NCBI GenBank assembly: GCA_964521195.1
Contig: CAZFRE010000001.1
Location: 334,317 to 398,316, forward strand
DNA from: an uncultured Eubacteriales bacterium
Lineage (GTDB): Bacteria; Actinomycetota; Coriobacteriia; Anaerosomatales; JAAXUF01
Direction: 5' to 3'
Length of the DNA: 64,000 bases
Every line of letters begins with the position of its first letter. The stretch's first letter is position 1. The translations under genes and the position numbers were made by a program. The notes under the pieces are model-generated. The model was not told the origin of the DNA and made no database searches. It saw only the letters and a list, made by a program, of their open reading frames with translations. Of the stretch, positions 45,480-55,510 are shown piece after piece.

Positions 45480-46174
45480 TGGGCGCGATCATCGAAGTGC
45501 GCGACATGGTCAAGACCTACGTGACCGGCGATACCTACACGATGGCGCTGAAGGGCGTGTCACTGACGGTGCGGGAGGGCGAGTTCCTCGCGATAATGGG
45601 GCCGTCGGGATCGGGCAAGTCGACGCTCATGAACCTCCTGGGCCTGCTCGACACGCCGACGAGCGGGACGTACAGGATCCGCGGCGTCGACGTGTCCGAG
45701 CTCGATGAGATCGAGCTCGCGGAGGCGCGTTCGCGCGAGATCGGGTTCGTATTCCAGTCGTTCAACCTGCTGCCGCGTGCAACGGTGATGCGCAACGTGA
45801 TGCTGCCGCTCGTCTACGCACGCACGCCCGACCGCGAGCGGGAACCCCGCGCGCTCGCCGCGCTCGCAGCGGCCGGACTCCCGCCGGAGTTGCACCACAA
45901 GGGTTCGAACCAACTCTCGGGAGGCCAGATCCAGCGTGTCGCGATCGCACGCGCGCTCATCAACGACCCCGCACTCATCCTCGCAGACGAGCCGACAGGC
46001 AACCTCGACACCGTGACCGGCGACCACATCCTCGCCACGTTCAAGCGCCTCAAGGAGCAGGGCCGTACCATCGTCCTCATCACGCACGAACCCGAGGTGG
46101 CAGAGCACGCGGATCGCACCATCCACATCCGAGACGGGCTCGTCACCGACGAGGTGGGGGTGGGACACCGATGA
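45479..46174 (+). CDS. MacB/LolD-type ABC ATPase
   Basis: GPSGSGKSTL, LSGGQIQRVAIARAL, ILADEPTGNLD. Confidence 0.9.
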   Translation: MGAIIEVRDMVKTYVTGDTYTMALKGVSLTVREGEFLAIMGPSGSGKSTLMNLLGLLDTPTSGTYRIRGVDVSELDEIELAEARSREIGFVFQSFNLLPRATVMRNVMLPLVYARTPDREREPRALAALAAAGLPPELHHKGSNQLSGGQIQRVAIARALINDPALILADEPTGNLDTVTGDHILATFKRLKEQGRTIVLITHEPEVAEHADRTIHIRDGLVTDEVGVGHR

Positions 46175-47394
46175 GGCTCAAAGACCTCCTCGCCGAGACC
46201 TTCCTGTCGCTTACTGCGAACAAGGCCCGCTCCTTCCTGACGGTGCTCGGCATCGTCGTGGGCATAACGTCGGTCATCGTCATGGTCGGGTTCGGACAGG
46301 GCACGAAGGCGTCGATCGAGGGAAGCATCTCCTCGATGGGTGCGAACCTGCTCATGGTCTCTCCCGGTGGCCAGATGAGCCGCATGGTCGGCGGCGGCGG
46401 TGCAGGGGCGAGTACGAACTCGCTCACGCTCAAAGACGTCGCCGCCATCGAATCGCAGGTGGGCAACATCAAGCGCGTCGCGCCGACGACGTCGGGGTCG
46501 TATCAGGTGTCGGCAGAGGCCAGCAACACGAACGTGACGGTCACAGGCACGACCTCCGACTATCAAGCAATCCGCAACCTGAGCCTGCAGGCGGGGAGCT
46601 GGTTCAGCGAGGACCAGAACGCCGGTGGGGCGCGCGTCGCGGTGCTCGGCCCGACGACCGCCGAGACGCTCTTCGGTGACGCGGCGTCGGCGGTTGGCCA
46701 GAAGATCCGCATCAATGCGCAGCCGTTCACGGTCATCGGCGTCACGGTGTCGAAGGGCAGCAACGGGATGCAGAGCCAGGACGATGCCGCCTACATCCCG
46801 TACGAGACGTTCTCGAATCACCTGTCGAGTTCGACCGGGGTCTCGATGGTCTACGTCGAGGCCGAGAGCCAGGACGTCATGTCGCAGGTCGAAGCGGACC
46901 TCGAGAGCCTGCTACTTGCTCGCCACGGCATCGATGACTCGGACAGCGCTGACTTCTCGATCATGAATCAGGAGGACATCGCGTCGACCCTGTCCACCGT
47001 CACCACGACGCTCACGATCCTGCTCGGCTCCATCGCCGGCATCTCACTCGTGGTGGGCGGCATCGGCATCATGAACATGATGCTGACGACGGTCACCGAG
47101 CGCATCCGCGAAATCGGTCTTCGCAAGGCGCTCGGGGCCACCCGCTCGGACCTTACGTCGCAGGTCCTCGCCGAGGCGGTCGCGCTCACGCTCACGGGTG
47201 GCGTGATCGGCATCCTCCTCGGCTGGCTGATCTCGCTCGCCATCACGGCGCTGTCGAGCTACGCGACCACCGTGAGCCTCATGTCCGTGCTGCTGGCGGT
47301 CGGCGTCTCGACGGCGATCGGTGTCGTCTTCGGCTACTACCCGGCGCGGCGTGCGGCCAAGCTCGATCCGATCGACGCACTCAGATACCAGTAG
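46171..47394 (+). CDS. MacB/FtsX-type ABC permease
   Basis: MacB_PCD plus an FtsX C-terminus (...GGIGIMNMMLTTVTERIREIGLRKALGA...). Confidence 0.9.
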   Translation: MRLKDLLAETFLSLTANKARSFLTVLGIVVGITSVIVMVGFGQGTKASIEGSISSMGANLLMVSPGGQMSRMVGGGGAGASTNSLTLKDVAAIESQVGNIKRVAPTTSGSYQVSAEASNTNVTVTGTTSDYQAIRNLSLQAGSWFSEDQNAGGARVAVLGPTTAETLFGDAASAVGQKIRINAQPFTVIGVTVSKGSNGMQSQDDAAYIPYETFSNHLSSSTGVSMVYVEAESQDVMSQVEADLESLLLARHGIDDSDSADFSIMNQEDIASTLSTVTTTLTILLGSIAGISLVVGGIGIMNMMLTTVTERIREIGLRKALGATRSDLTSQVLAEAVALTLTGGVIGILLGWLISLAITALSSYATTVSLMSVLLAVGVSTAIGVVFGYYPARRAAKLDPIDALRYQ

Positions 47395-47457
47395 CGGACG
47401 TGCGTCACGCGCGACACCCCGCGTGATGCCCCGCGCGACGGAGCAGGAGGTCACGAT

Positions 47458-47868
47458 ATGGACGGCACACAAGCGACACCGCAGGGCGCGCCGGGTGCGG
47501 CACAGGGCACGGGAGTCATGGGCGGCCCCGGCGCGTTCCCTGGCGGCCCTCCCGGCGGGCGAGGGGGCCTCATGCTTTTGGGTGGCCCGACCGGCGCCAT
47601 CGTGCTCGCGTTGTACGCGATCACGTGTGTCGTGCTCGCCATCTCGTTCTGGAAGTTCCTGAGCGAAGCCGGGCTTACCCCGGCGGTCGCTCTGCTCATG
47701 CTCGTGCCCGTGGTCAACCTCGGCGTGGCCCTTTGGGCCGCGTTGGCGGAGTGGCCCGCGCTCAAGGAGGTCGCCCGCCTCAGGGAGCGTGTCGCGTCGT
47801 ACGAGCTGCGTGCCGAGGATCCGGCACCGGATGCCGGCGCAACCCCCACCCCTTCAGCTCCCGCCTAG
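47458..47868 (+). CDS. small membrane protein with Gly/Pro-rich N-terminus
   Basis: Two TM helices. No family recognised. Confidence 0.4.
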   Translation: MDGTQATPQGAPGAAQGTGVMGGPGAFPGGPPGGRGGLMLLGGPTGAIVLALYAITCVVLAISFWKFLSEAGLTPAVALLMLVPVVNLGVALWAALAEWPALKEVARLRERVASYELRAEDPAPDAGATPTPSAPA

Positions 47869-47944
47869 AGCAGGGCGACCGGTGCAGCCCTCGTGATGCC
47901 CTCGGAGTACTCGCGGCGTCGCGTGCCACCGCCAGGAACGAACA

Positions 47945-47972
47945 GAAGGGCGGCTCGGATGAGCCGCCCTTC
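47945..47972. terminator. perfect 12-bp hairpin between convergent genes
   Basis: gaagggcggctc-ggat-gagccgcccttc. Confidence 0.6.
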
Positions 47973-48000
47973 GCCATGTGAGAGCGTGATCCGACCCGTT

Positions 48001-48219
48001 TCAGCGCTTCACCACGAAGCGTTGTCCGAGTACGACGAGCAGTGAGGCGACGCCGACGAAGGCGATCCACTGCCAGCCGTTGGGCGCCTGGAACGCCTCG
48101 AGAACCGCGGCGACGACAGCACCGATGCTCCACGGCAGCGTGAGCAGTCCGCCTGTCACGCACTCCCCGAGTGCGCACACCACGGCGACGACTATCCATG
48201 CCCAGAACGCAAGCGACAC
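48001..48219 (-). CDS. small 2-TM membrane protein (NfeD-like N-terminal region?)
   Basis: GTG at 48219 with GGAG upstream. 72 aa and hydrophobic. Confidence 0.35.
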   Translation of the reverse strand: MSLAFWAWIVVAVVCALGECVTGGLLTLPWSIGAVVAAVLEAFQAPNGWQWIAFVGVASLLVVLGQRFVVKR

Positions 48220-48433
48220 GCGAAGGCTCCGATTCGTCGGTCCGGTAGTGGCTAGCGTAGTCGATTGTCGGGCGTGCGGCGAGGCGGCAGCCGCCGCGTC
48301 GGCCACTCCGTTCGTCGGTTGCCCACACGCTCCGGTGAGTAAGCGCATATTGCGCATCGTAATAGTGCGCAACTAGTCGACCTTTCGGTGCTACCATCGG
48401 CGCAGAAGCCAGCCACGTCGAAGGAGACGCGCC

Positions 48434-49390
48434 ATGTCCGAGATAGCGTCCGCTGTCGATGTCACCATCGGCGACACGCCGCTCGTCCGCCTTAACCGAC
48501 TGTCCGAGGGCCTTGCGGCTACGGTCGCCGTCAAGCTCGAATCGCGAAACCCTGGCGGTTCGGTGAAGGACCGCATCGGCCGCGGGATGATCGATGACGC
48601 CGAGGCGCGCGGCATCATCACGCGTGGCAGGACCGTCATCGTCGAGCCCACGAGCGGCAACACGGGTATCGCGCTCGCGCTTGTCGGCGCAGCGCGAGGC
48701 TACAAGGTCATCCTCACGATGCCGGAGTCCATGTCGGTCGAGCGGCGCAAGCTGCTGCGGGCGTTCGGCGCCGAGCTGGTGCTGACCGACAAGGCGCTCG
48801 GGATGAAGGGTGCGGTCGATGCCGCGAACGAGATCGCCGAGAGCACGCCTGACGCATGGATCGCAGGCCAGTTCGACAACCCCGCCAACCCGCGGGCGCA
48901 CTACCAGACGACCGGCCCTGAGATCCAGGCCGCGATCGGCGATGCGACGCTGGCGGCATTCGTTGCCGGTGTCGGCACGGGCGGCACTATCTCGGGGGCG
49001 GGACGCTACCTCAAGGAACGCTATCCGGGAGCACTGGCTATCGCGGTCGAACCCGCCGAGTCGCCGATCATCACTCAGCGCCGTGCAGGTGAGGCGCTCA
49101 CGCCCGGGCCGCATCTCATCCAGGGAATCGGCGCCAACTTCATTCCCGGCGTGCTCGACTTGGATGTACTCGACGGCGTCGAGCAGGTGAGTGGCGACGA
49201 GGCCATCGCGACGGCGCGTCGCGTCGCCGCCGAGGAGGGGCTGCTCGTCGGCATCTCGAGTGGCGCAAACGTCACCGCCGCCCTGCGGCTCGCCTCGAGG
49301 CCGGAGTTCGCCGGCAAGCTCGTCGTCACAGTGGCGCCCTCGACCGGCGAGCGCTATCTGACCACCAAGCTGTGGGATGAGCTGGGCTAG
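48434..49390 (+). CDS. cysK: cysteine synthase A (O-acetylserine sulfhydrylase)
   Basis: IGDTPLVRLNRL...KLE..NP.GSVKDRI...EPTSGNTGIALA. Confidence 0.95.
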   Translation: MSEIASAVDVTIGDTPLVRLNRLSEGLAATVAVKLESRNPGGSVKDRIGRGMIDDAEARGIITRGRTVIVEPTSGNTGIALALVGAARGYKVILTMPESMSVERRKLLRAFGAELVLTDKALGMKGAVDAANEIAESTPDAWIAGQFDNPANPRAHYQTTGPEIQAAIGDATLAAFVAGVGTGGTISGAGRYLKERYPGALAIAVEPAESPIITQRRAGEALTPGPHLIQGIGANFIPGVLDLDVLDGVEQVSGDEAIATARRVAAEEGLLVGISSGANVTAALRLASRPEFAGKLVVTVAPSTGERYLTTKLWDELG

Positions 49391-49392
49391 CG

Positions 49393-49809
49393 ATGCGAGT
49401 ACCACAGAGTCTCGACTACGCCGTGCGTGCGCTCGTGCTGCTCGCCCTGCGACCCGATGGTGATTACATCGCCGCGGGCGATCTAGCCGACCGGCTGGGC
49501 CTGCCGCGGCGGTTCGTCGAGCAACAGATCACCTCGCTTTCACGCGCGGGGATCGTCCACTGTCGCCGAGGAGCCAACGGCGGCTGCGCCCTCGCGAGGC
49601 CTGCTCAAGACGTCACCGTATTCGATATCGTCGAGGCCGTGCAGGGCGAGGTTCTGGACGTGCCGCACGTGACCGGCTCGGCGGCTTCGCTCCTTTGGCA
49701 ACAGGCTGCCGGCCAACTAGCAGCGTTTCTGCAAGGGGTGACCCTTCACGCGCTGGCCGAGAGCCAGAGAGAGCTTGATGGTGCCGGAGCGCACATGTAT
49801 TGGATTTGA
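49393..49809 (+). CDS. Rrf2-family transcriptional regulator (CymR-like context)
   Basis: DYAVRALV.LA............LP..F..QI...L..AG.V...RG..GG. Starts 2 nt after cysK. Confidence 0.8.
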   Translation: MRVPQSLDYAVRALVLLALRPDGDYIAAGDLADRLGLPRRFVEQQITSLSRAGIVHCRRGANGGCALARPAQDVTVFDIVEAVQGEVLDVPHVTGSAASLLWQQAAGQLAAFLQGVTLHALAESQRELDGAGAHMYWI

Positions 49810-49849
49810 TGCACTCAAGCGATTGAAAGCACCTATCCAATACATATGT
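49793..49849. promoter_or_regulatory. AT-rich inverted repeat (terminator or operator)
   Basis: ATGTATTGGAT (49795-49805) pairs perfectly with ATCCAATACAT (49835-49845). It spans the Rrf2 stop codon and is the most AT-rich spot nearby. Confidence 0.45.
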
Positions 49850-50030
49850 CGCGCGTGCGCGGTCGAAGCTTGAAGCCGGGTCCGGTTATGCAGCGGGAGG
49901 CTGGTTGCATTCCTCGCCATTCTGATACACTCCGAGAGTCCTGCGGTGGGATGGCCGCGGGTCCCGGGATTCCCAGACGGGAATCGCGGTGCATCGCAAG
50001 GGTATTTGTCCAGGGAGCAAGGGAGGAACT

Positions 50031-51254
50031 ATGAAGGTGAGCAACAAGCTTCTGCTCGCCGTCGTCGCTGCGCTGGTTGCGCTTGCGATGATCGCCACCG
50101 GTTGCGGTGGCGGCGGTAGCACCGAGGGCACCACCGGTGGTACCGAGGCGAAGACCGTCACGATCGGCATCGGCGCACCGCTGACTGCCGGCGCGGTCGC
50201 ACTTGGCCAGGGCATGAAGCGCGGCGCCAACCTCGCCGTCAGCGAGGCCAACGAGTCCGAGGCCGCCAAGGCCGCGGGCATCACGTTCAAGACCGTCGAC
50301 GGCGACGATCAGGGCGACCCGAAGGTCGGCGTTACCGTCGCCAACACCTTCGCGTCCGATCCGAACCTCCTGGGCGTCATGGGCCACCTGAACTCGGGTG
50401 TCTCGATCCCGGCTTCCAAGGTCTACGCCGAGAAGAAGATCGTTCAGATCTCGCCGGCCTCGACCAACCCGGCTCTGACCCAGCAGGGTCTCAAGAACGT
50501 CTTCCGCGTCTGCACCACCGACGCCGTTCAGGGCCCGGCCGCTGCTGACTACGCGATCGACCTGCTCGGCCTGAAGTCCGCCTACGTCATCGACGACTCG
50601 ACTCCGTACGGCGAGGGCCTCGCGGCCGAGTTCGCCAAGCAGTTCGAGGCCAAGGGCGGCAAGGTGCTCGGCACCGCGAAGACCTCCGACAAGGACACGG
50701 ACTTCAACGCGCTGGTCACCAAGATGAAGGGCGCCAACCCGGACGTCATCTACTACGGTGGCATCTACAACGCCGGCGCCCTGCTCTCGAAGCAGTCCAA
50801 GGAAGCGGGCCTCAAGGCCCCTCTCATGGGCGGCGACGGTCTGTACGACGGTGAGTTCATCAACCTTGCTGGCGCTGCCGCCGCCGAGGGCGACTTCGCG
50901 ACTTCCGTCGGTCTGCCGATCGACAAGCTGCCGAAGGGCCAGGAGTTCACGGCTGCCTACAAGGCAATGTTCCCGAGCGATGAGATCGCTGCGTACGACG
51001 CGTATGCGTACGACGCCACGAACGTGATCATCGAAGCCATCCTCAAGGTTGCCGCTGAGAAGGGCGCTGCCGCTGTCTCGACCCCTGAGGGTCGCGACGC
51101 GATCATCGCTGCTGTCGCTGCGACCAAGACCACCGGCGTCACCGGTGACATCGCGTTCGACGCCAACGGCGACACCACCAACAAGGCGATCAGCCTGTAC
51201 ACGGTCGCCGAGGGCAAGTGGACCACGAAGGCCGCAGCAGGCGCAGCTCAGTAG
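50031..51254 (+). CDS. livJ: branched-chain amino-acid ABC substrate-binding lipoprotein
   Basis: GGAGGA upstream. Lipobox ATGC. IGAPLTG..A..G.......A..E.N...G..... Type-I PBP pattern. Confidence 0.85.
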   Translation: MKVSNKLLLAVVAALVALAMIATGCGGGGSTEGTTGGTEAKTVTIGIGAPLTAGAVALGQGMKRGANLAVSEANESEAAKAAGITFKTVDGDDQGDPKVGVTVANTFASDPNLLGVMGHLNSGVSIPASKVYAEKKIVQISPASTNPALTQQGLKNVFRVCTTDAVQGPAAADYAIDLLGLKSAYVIDDSTPYGEGLAAEFAKQFEAKGGKVLGTAKTSDKDTDFNALVTKMKGANPDVIYYGGIYNAGALLSKQSKEAGLKAPLMGGDGLYDGEFINLAGAAAAEGDFATSVGLPIDKLPKGQEFTAAYKAMFPSDEIAAYDAYAYDATNVIIEAILKVAAEKGAAAVSTPEGRDAIIAAVAATKTTGVTGDIAFDANGDTTNKAISLYTVAEGKWTTKAAAGAAQ

Positions 51255-51297
51255 ATCTGACACGCCTACCGCCGTCCTGGTCTTCCTAGGACTCGGT

Positions 51298-51328
51298 CCG
51301 GGCGGGCACCGCGCTGGTGCCCGCCCGG
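51298..51328 (+). terminator. intercistronic 13-bp stem-loop after the binding-protein gene
   Basis: ccgggcgggcacc-gcgct-ggtgcccgcccgg. No U-tract, so it is probably an attenuator or mRNA-stabilising hairpin. Confidence 0.5.
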
Positions 51329-51389
51329 ATTCCATGTCCGGAAGCCTCAAGACCGTCGGCGGAATCCCGGATAGACAGGAACGCCTGCA

Positions 51390-52376
51390 GTGTCTCTAAA
51401 CATCATCGTTGAGCAGCTGATCAACGGCATCACGCTGGGTGGCATGTACGCTCTCATCGCCCTCGGCTACACGCTCGTATACGGCATCCTGCTCATGATC
51501 AACTTCGCGCACTCCGAACTCTTCATGTGCGGCGCGTACGTGGGCCTCGGCACCATGCAGGTGCTGACCAACCCGGAAATCGCGCAGAGCATCGCTGCGA
51601 AGATGCCGTTCTTCGCATGGCTCATCCCGGCGCAAGCCTTCTTCACCAGCGGGACCGCCGGGCTCATATCGCTGTTCCTGATCGTCTTCTTGGTGTCGAT
51701 GATCGCCATCGGCCTCCTCGGAGTCATCATCGAGCGGTTCGCGTACCGCCCGCTGCGTCACGCACCTCGCCTGGCGCCGCTCATCTCGGCGGTGGGCGTG
51801 TCGATCTTCCTGCAGAACGCGATTCTGCTGTGGGTCGACTCAAAGCAGATTCCTTTCCCGAGCCCGCTCGGGACGCGAGTCGCGTTCACCTTCATGGGTG
51901 TCTCGGTGAGCGCGCTCAAGGTGTTCATCTTCGTCACGGCCATCACTCTCATGCTGCTGCTGGACCTCTACGTGAGCCGCAGCCGGATGGGTAAGGCCAT
52001 GCGCGCGACGTCGCAGGACCGCGAGGCTGCGGGTCTGATGGGCATCGATATCAACCTCGCGATCATGCTCGCGTTCTTCATCGGCCCGGCTCTTGGAGCC
52101 GTCGCCGGTGTGTTCTACGGCATGTACTACGGGTCGATCGTCTTCAGCATGGGCTTCATCCCCGGCATGAAGGCGTTCACCGCGGCGGTTATCGGCGGTA
52201 TCGGTAACCTCCGTGGCGCGATGCTCGGTGGGTTCGTGTTGGGAATCGTCGAGTCGCTTGCGGCCGGCTTCCTCTCATCGGGCTACAAGGACGTCATCGC
52301 GTTCGCGGTTCTCATCCTCGTCCTGATCTTCCGTCCGGGCGGTCTGCTCGGCGAATCCGTAGTGGAGAAGGTGTAA
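51390..52376 (+). CDS. livH: branched-chain amino-acid ABC permease
   Basis: QLINGITLGGMYALIALGYTLVYGIL..INFAH. Confidence 0.9.
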   Translation: MSLNIIVEQLINGITLGGMYALIALGYTLVYGILLMINFAHSELFMCGAYVGLGTMQVLTNPEIAQSIAAKMPFFAWLIPAQAFFTSGTAGLISLFLIVFLVSMIAIGLLGVIIERFAYRPLRHAPRLAPLISAVGVSIFLQNAILLWVDSKQIPFPSPLGTRVAFTFMGVSVSALKVFIFVTAITLMLLLDLYVSRSRMGKAMRATSQDREAAGLMGIDINLAIMLAFFIGPALGAVAGVFYGMYYGSIVFSMGFIPGMKAFTAAVIGGIGNLRGAMLGGFVLGIVESLAAGFLSSGYKDVIAFAVLILVLIFRPGGLLGESVVEKV

Positions 52377-52379
52377 GCC

Positions 52380-53588
52380 ATGGGCGGCGGAAAGATGGAC
52401 GTCTCAACCAAGGTCGACTCCGGCAAGATCACGCCGACCAAGATCGCGCTGTACGTGCTCCTGGGCGTCGCGTTGATCGGTGCACCGTTCCTCTTCGAGG
52501 GCTTCGGTCTGCTGTTCATGACGCGTATCCTCGCGCTCGTCGGCCTGTACGTCATGCTGGCCCTCGGCCTCAACATCGTGGTCGGCTACGCAGGACTGCT
52601 CGACCTCGGCTACATCGCGTTCTACGCGATCGGCGCGTACTCGGGTGTCATCGTGGGCAACCTCGCAACCAGGTCGTTGCCGGTCGCGCTGCAGCCGTTC
52701 TCCTACTTCTTGATGATTCCAGTTGCCGCTGCGTTCGCGGCGCTTGCAGGTCTCGCGCTCGGCACGCCGGTCCTACGGCTTCGTGGTGACTACCTCGCCA
52801 TCGTCACGCTCGGATTCGGTGAGATCGTGCGCATCATCATCAACAACAACGCGTTCGGCATCACCAACGGCGCCGCCGGTCTCCCGCGCGCCGGGGAGTT
52901 CCTCGCCAAGCCGCTCGGGCTCGTGTGGCTGTCGAACAACTTCTACTTCAGCATCCCGGGTCTCGGTCCCAACGGGTTCAACTTCATGTTCTCGTCGAAC
53001 CTGTACTGGTACTACATCATCGTGATCCTGTGCGTCCTGACGGTCTTCGTCGTCAACCGCCTCAACCAGTCGCGTCTCGGCCGGTCCTGGGTCGCGATGC
53101 GCGAGGACGAGGTGGCTGCCGCGTCGATGGGCATCAGCATCATGGGCGCGAAGCTCTGGGCGTTCTCGCTCGGCGCGGTCTGGGGCGGCATCGCGGGTCT
53201 GACGTTCGCCAACTTCCAGCAGTTCGTCAGCCCCGAGTCGTTCACGTTCATGGAGTCCGTGTTCGTGGTCTGCAGCGTCGTCATCGGTGGTATGGGATCG
53301 ATTCCCGGCGCCATCGTCGGCGCGCTGCTCATCCAGGGCACACCGGAGATCATTCGTGGCTTCGCATCTTCCGGCATCATCCCGGGCCTCTCGGGTGAGC
53401 AGGTGTCGGCGATCTCGAGCTACCGCAACCTGGTGTTCGGCATGGTCATGGTTCTGATGATGATCTGGCGTCCGCAGGGCATCATCCCCTCCAAGCGTCG
53501 CGCGGCGGAGCTCCTCGCCGATGACGACATCTTGGAAGAGGAGAACGAGACGCTCTACGACGCGCAGCACGACACCGGCGGGTTTTAG
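52380..53588 (+). CDS. livM: branched-chain amino-acid ABC permease
   Basis: LGLNIVVGYAGLLDLGYIAFYAIGAY... LivM pattern. Confidence 0.9.
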   Translation: MGGGKMDVSTKVDSGKITPTKIALYVLLGVALIGAPFLFEGFGLLFMTRILALVGLYVMLALGLNIVVGYAGLLDLGYIAFYAIGAYSGVIVGNLATRSLPVALQPFSYFLMIPVAAAFAALAGLALGTPVLRLRGDYLAIVTLGFGEIVRIIINNNAFGITNGAAGLPRAGEFLAKPLGLVWLSNNFYFSIPGLGPNGFNFMFSSNLYWYYIIVILCVLTVFVVNRLNQSRLGRSWVAMREDEVAAASMGISIMGAKLWAFSLGAVWGGIAGLTFANFQQFVSPESFTFMESVFVVCSVVIGGMGSIPGAIVGALLIQGTPEIIRGFASSGIIPGLSGEQVSAISSYRNLVFGMVMVLMMIWRPQGIIPSKRRAAELLADDDILEEENETLYDAQHDTGGF

Positions 53589-53630
53589 CGATGACCGCGG
53601 ACCCAGCAACGGGCCGGGAAGGGTACTGAG

Positions 53631-54479
53631 ATGGCAAACCTAGTAGACGCACAAAACGTCACGATGCAGTTCGGCGGCCTCAAGGCCGTATCGAACGTGA
53701 CGCTGCATATCGATGAAGGCGAGATCGTCGCGCTCATCGGCCCCAACGGGGCGGGCAAGACGACGTTCTTCAACATGTTGACCGGCATCTACACGCCGAC
53801 CGAGGGTGCCCTCACGTTCGACGGCAACTCGGTCAGCGGTAAGAAGACGCACGTCATCGCCCGCATGGGCATCTCGCGGACGTTCCAGAACATCCGCCTG
53901 TTCCAGAACATGACGGCACTCGAGAACGTCATGGTCGGACGCCATATGCGCACCGGTTCGAGCCCTCTCGGTGCCGTTCTTCGTACACCGAAGTTCAAGG
54001 CCGAGGAGCAGAAGACCCTCGAGGTCGCTTACGAGTGGCTCAAGTTCGTCGGGCTCGGACCCAAGGGTAACGAGCTCGCCAAGAACCTGCCCTACGGTGA
54101 GCAGCGCAAACTCGAGATCGCGCGGGCCCTGGCCACAGAGCCCAAGCTGCTCTTGCTCGACGAGCCGGCGGCCGGCATGAACCCGCAGGAGAGCCAGGCG
54201 CTCAACGCGCTGGTGCGCAAGGTGCGCGACCTCGGCATCACGATCCTGCTCATCGAGCACGACATGAAGGTCGTCATGGACCTCGCGGACCGCATCTACG
54301 TACTTGACTTCGGCGAGCTGATCGCCCAGGGGCTCCCGGCGGAGATCCAGCGCGACCCGAAGGTCATCGAGGCGTATCTCGGCAAGGGCGCCGACGAGAT
54401 GCTCAAGAACGCGCACGCGGAGAATGAGGCCGCCGCCGTGGCTGCCGAGTCCGTTGAGGAGGGCTCGACCAATGGCTGA
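53631..54479 (+). CDS. livG: branched-chain amino-acid ABC ATPase
   Basis: FGGLKAV..V.L....GEIVALIGPNGAGKTT.FN, LPYGEQRKLEIARAL. Confidence 0.9.
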   Translation: MANLVDAQNVTMQFGGLKAVSNVTLHIDEGEIVALIGPNGAGKTTFFNMLTGIYTPTEGALTFDGNSVSGKKTHVIARMGISRTFQNIRLFQNMTALENVMVGRHMRTGSSPLGAVLRTPKFKAEEQKTLEVAYEWLKFVGLGPKGNELAKNLPYGEQRKLEIARALATEPKLLLLDEPAAGMNPQESQALNALVRKVRDLGITILLIEHDMKVVMDLADRIYVLDFGELIAQGLPAEIQRDPKVIEAYLGKGADEMLKNAHAENEAAAVAAESVEEGSTNG

Positions 54480-55191
54480 CGTCGTACTCAAGGTAACCGA
54501 CCTCTACGCCGCTTACGGCAAGATCGAGGCGCTTCGCGGTGTCTCCCTCGAAGTCAACTCGGGCGAGATCGTCACGCTCATCGGCGCCAACGGCGCCGGC
54601 AAGTCGACGACGCTCAAGACGATATCGGGTCAGCTCGTCCCCAAGAGCGGCACGATCGAGTACATGGGTGAGGCGATCGGCGGTACCAAGCCGCACCTCA
54701 TCACCGGCAAGGGCATCATCCAGGTCCCAGAGGGTCGTCGCATCTTCTCGCGCATGACCGTCATGGAGAACCTCGAGATGGGCGCATTCCTGCGCAAGGA
54801 CAAGGACGAGATCAAGGCCGACCTCGATCACGTCTTCGAGCTCTTCCCTCGCCTCAAGGAGCGCATCGCGCAGAAGGGCGGTACGCTGTCCGGAGGCGAG
54901 CAGCAGATGCTGGCCATGGGCCGCGCGCTCATGAGCAAGCCGACGCTGCTGATGCTCGACGAGCCGTCGATGGGCTTGGCGCCTGTCGTCGTCGAGACGA
55001 TCTTCGAGATCATCCAGAAGCTCAACTCTCAGGGCATCACGATCCTGCTCGTCGAGCAGAACGCCAACCTCGCGCTCGCTATCGCGAACCGCGGGTACGT
55101 GCTCGAGACCGGCGAGATCGCTCTGACCGGTACCGGACGCGAGCTGCTCACGAACGAGGCAGTCCGCAAGGCGTATCTGGGCGAGGACTAG
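54472..55191 (+). CDS. livF: branched-chain amino-acid ABC ATPase
   Basis: YG.I.AL.GVSLEV..GEIVTLIGANGAGKSTTL, LSGGEQQMLA.GRAL. Confidence 0.9.
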   Translation: MADVVLKVTDLYAAYGKIEALRGVSLEVNSGEIVTLIGANGAGKSTTLKTISGQLVPKSGTIEYMGEAIGGTKPHLITGKGIIQVPEGRRIFSRMTVMENLEMGAFLRKDKDEIKADLDHVFELFPRLKERIAQKGGTLSGGEQQMLAMGRALMSKPTLLMLDEPSMGLAPVVVETIFEIIQKLNSQGITILLVEQNANLALAIANRGYVLETGEIALTGTGRELLTNEAVRKAYLGED

Positions 55192-55215
55192 CCTCACACT
55201 TCATGCACGACTGCC

Positions 55216-55245
55216 GAGAAGGGCGTCCCGAGGGGCGCCCTTCTC
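55216..55245 (+). terminator. hairpin terminator after livF
   Basis: gagaagggcg-tcccgagggg-cgcccttctc. Confidence 0.6.
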
Positions 55246-55510
55246 TCATGCGAACCACCGGGCGCAGGGGCGAGGCGCGGGACGTGAAAGGCCTGCAGGT
55301 AGACAGGCCATTGGCGTACGCAGCGCGGGCGCTTCTGTCGAATCGAAAGCGTCGCCGCACGCGGCGTTCCGATTCGCAGGAAAGACCCGCGATATACAGT
55401 CAACAAACTACTTCATGCGTTCGTGGTGCTGTCGTACGCTTCGCGGCGTTTGCCGTGCGGACAACGGTGTCCGCCACTGGGCTGATCCAGGTGAACGACA
55501 GGAGGAGACA

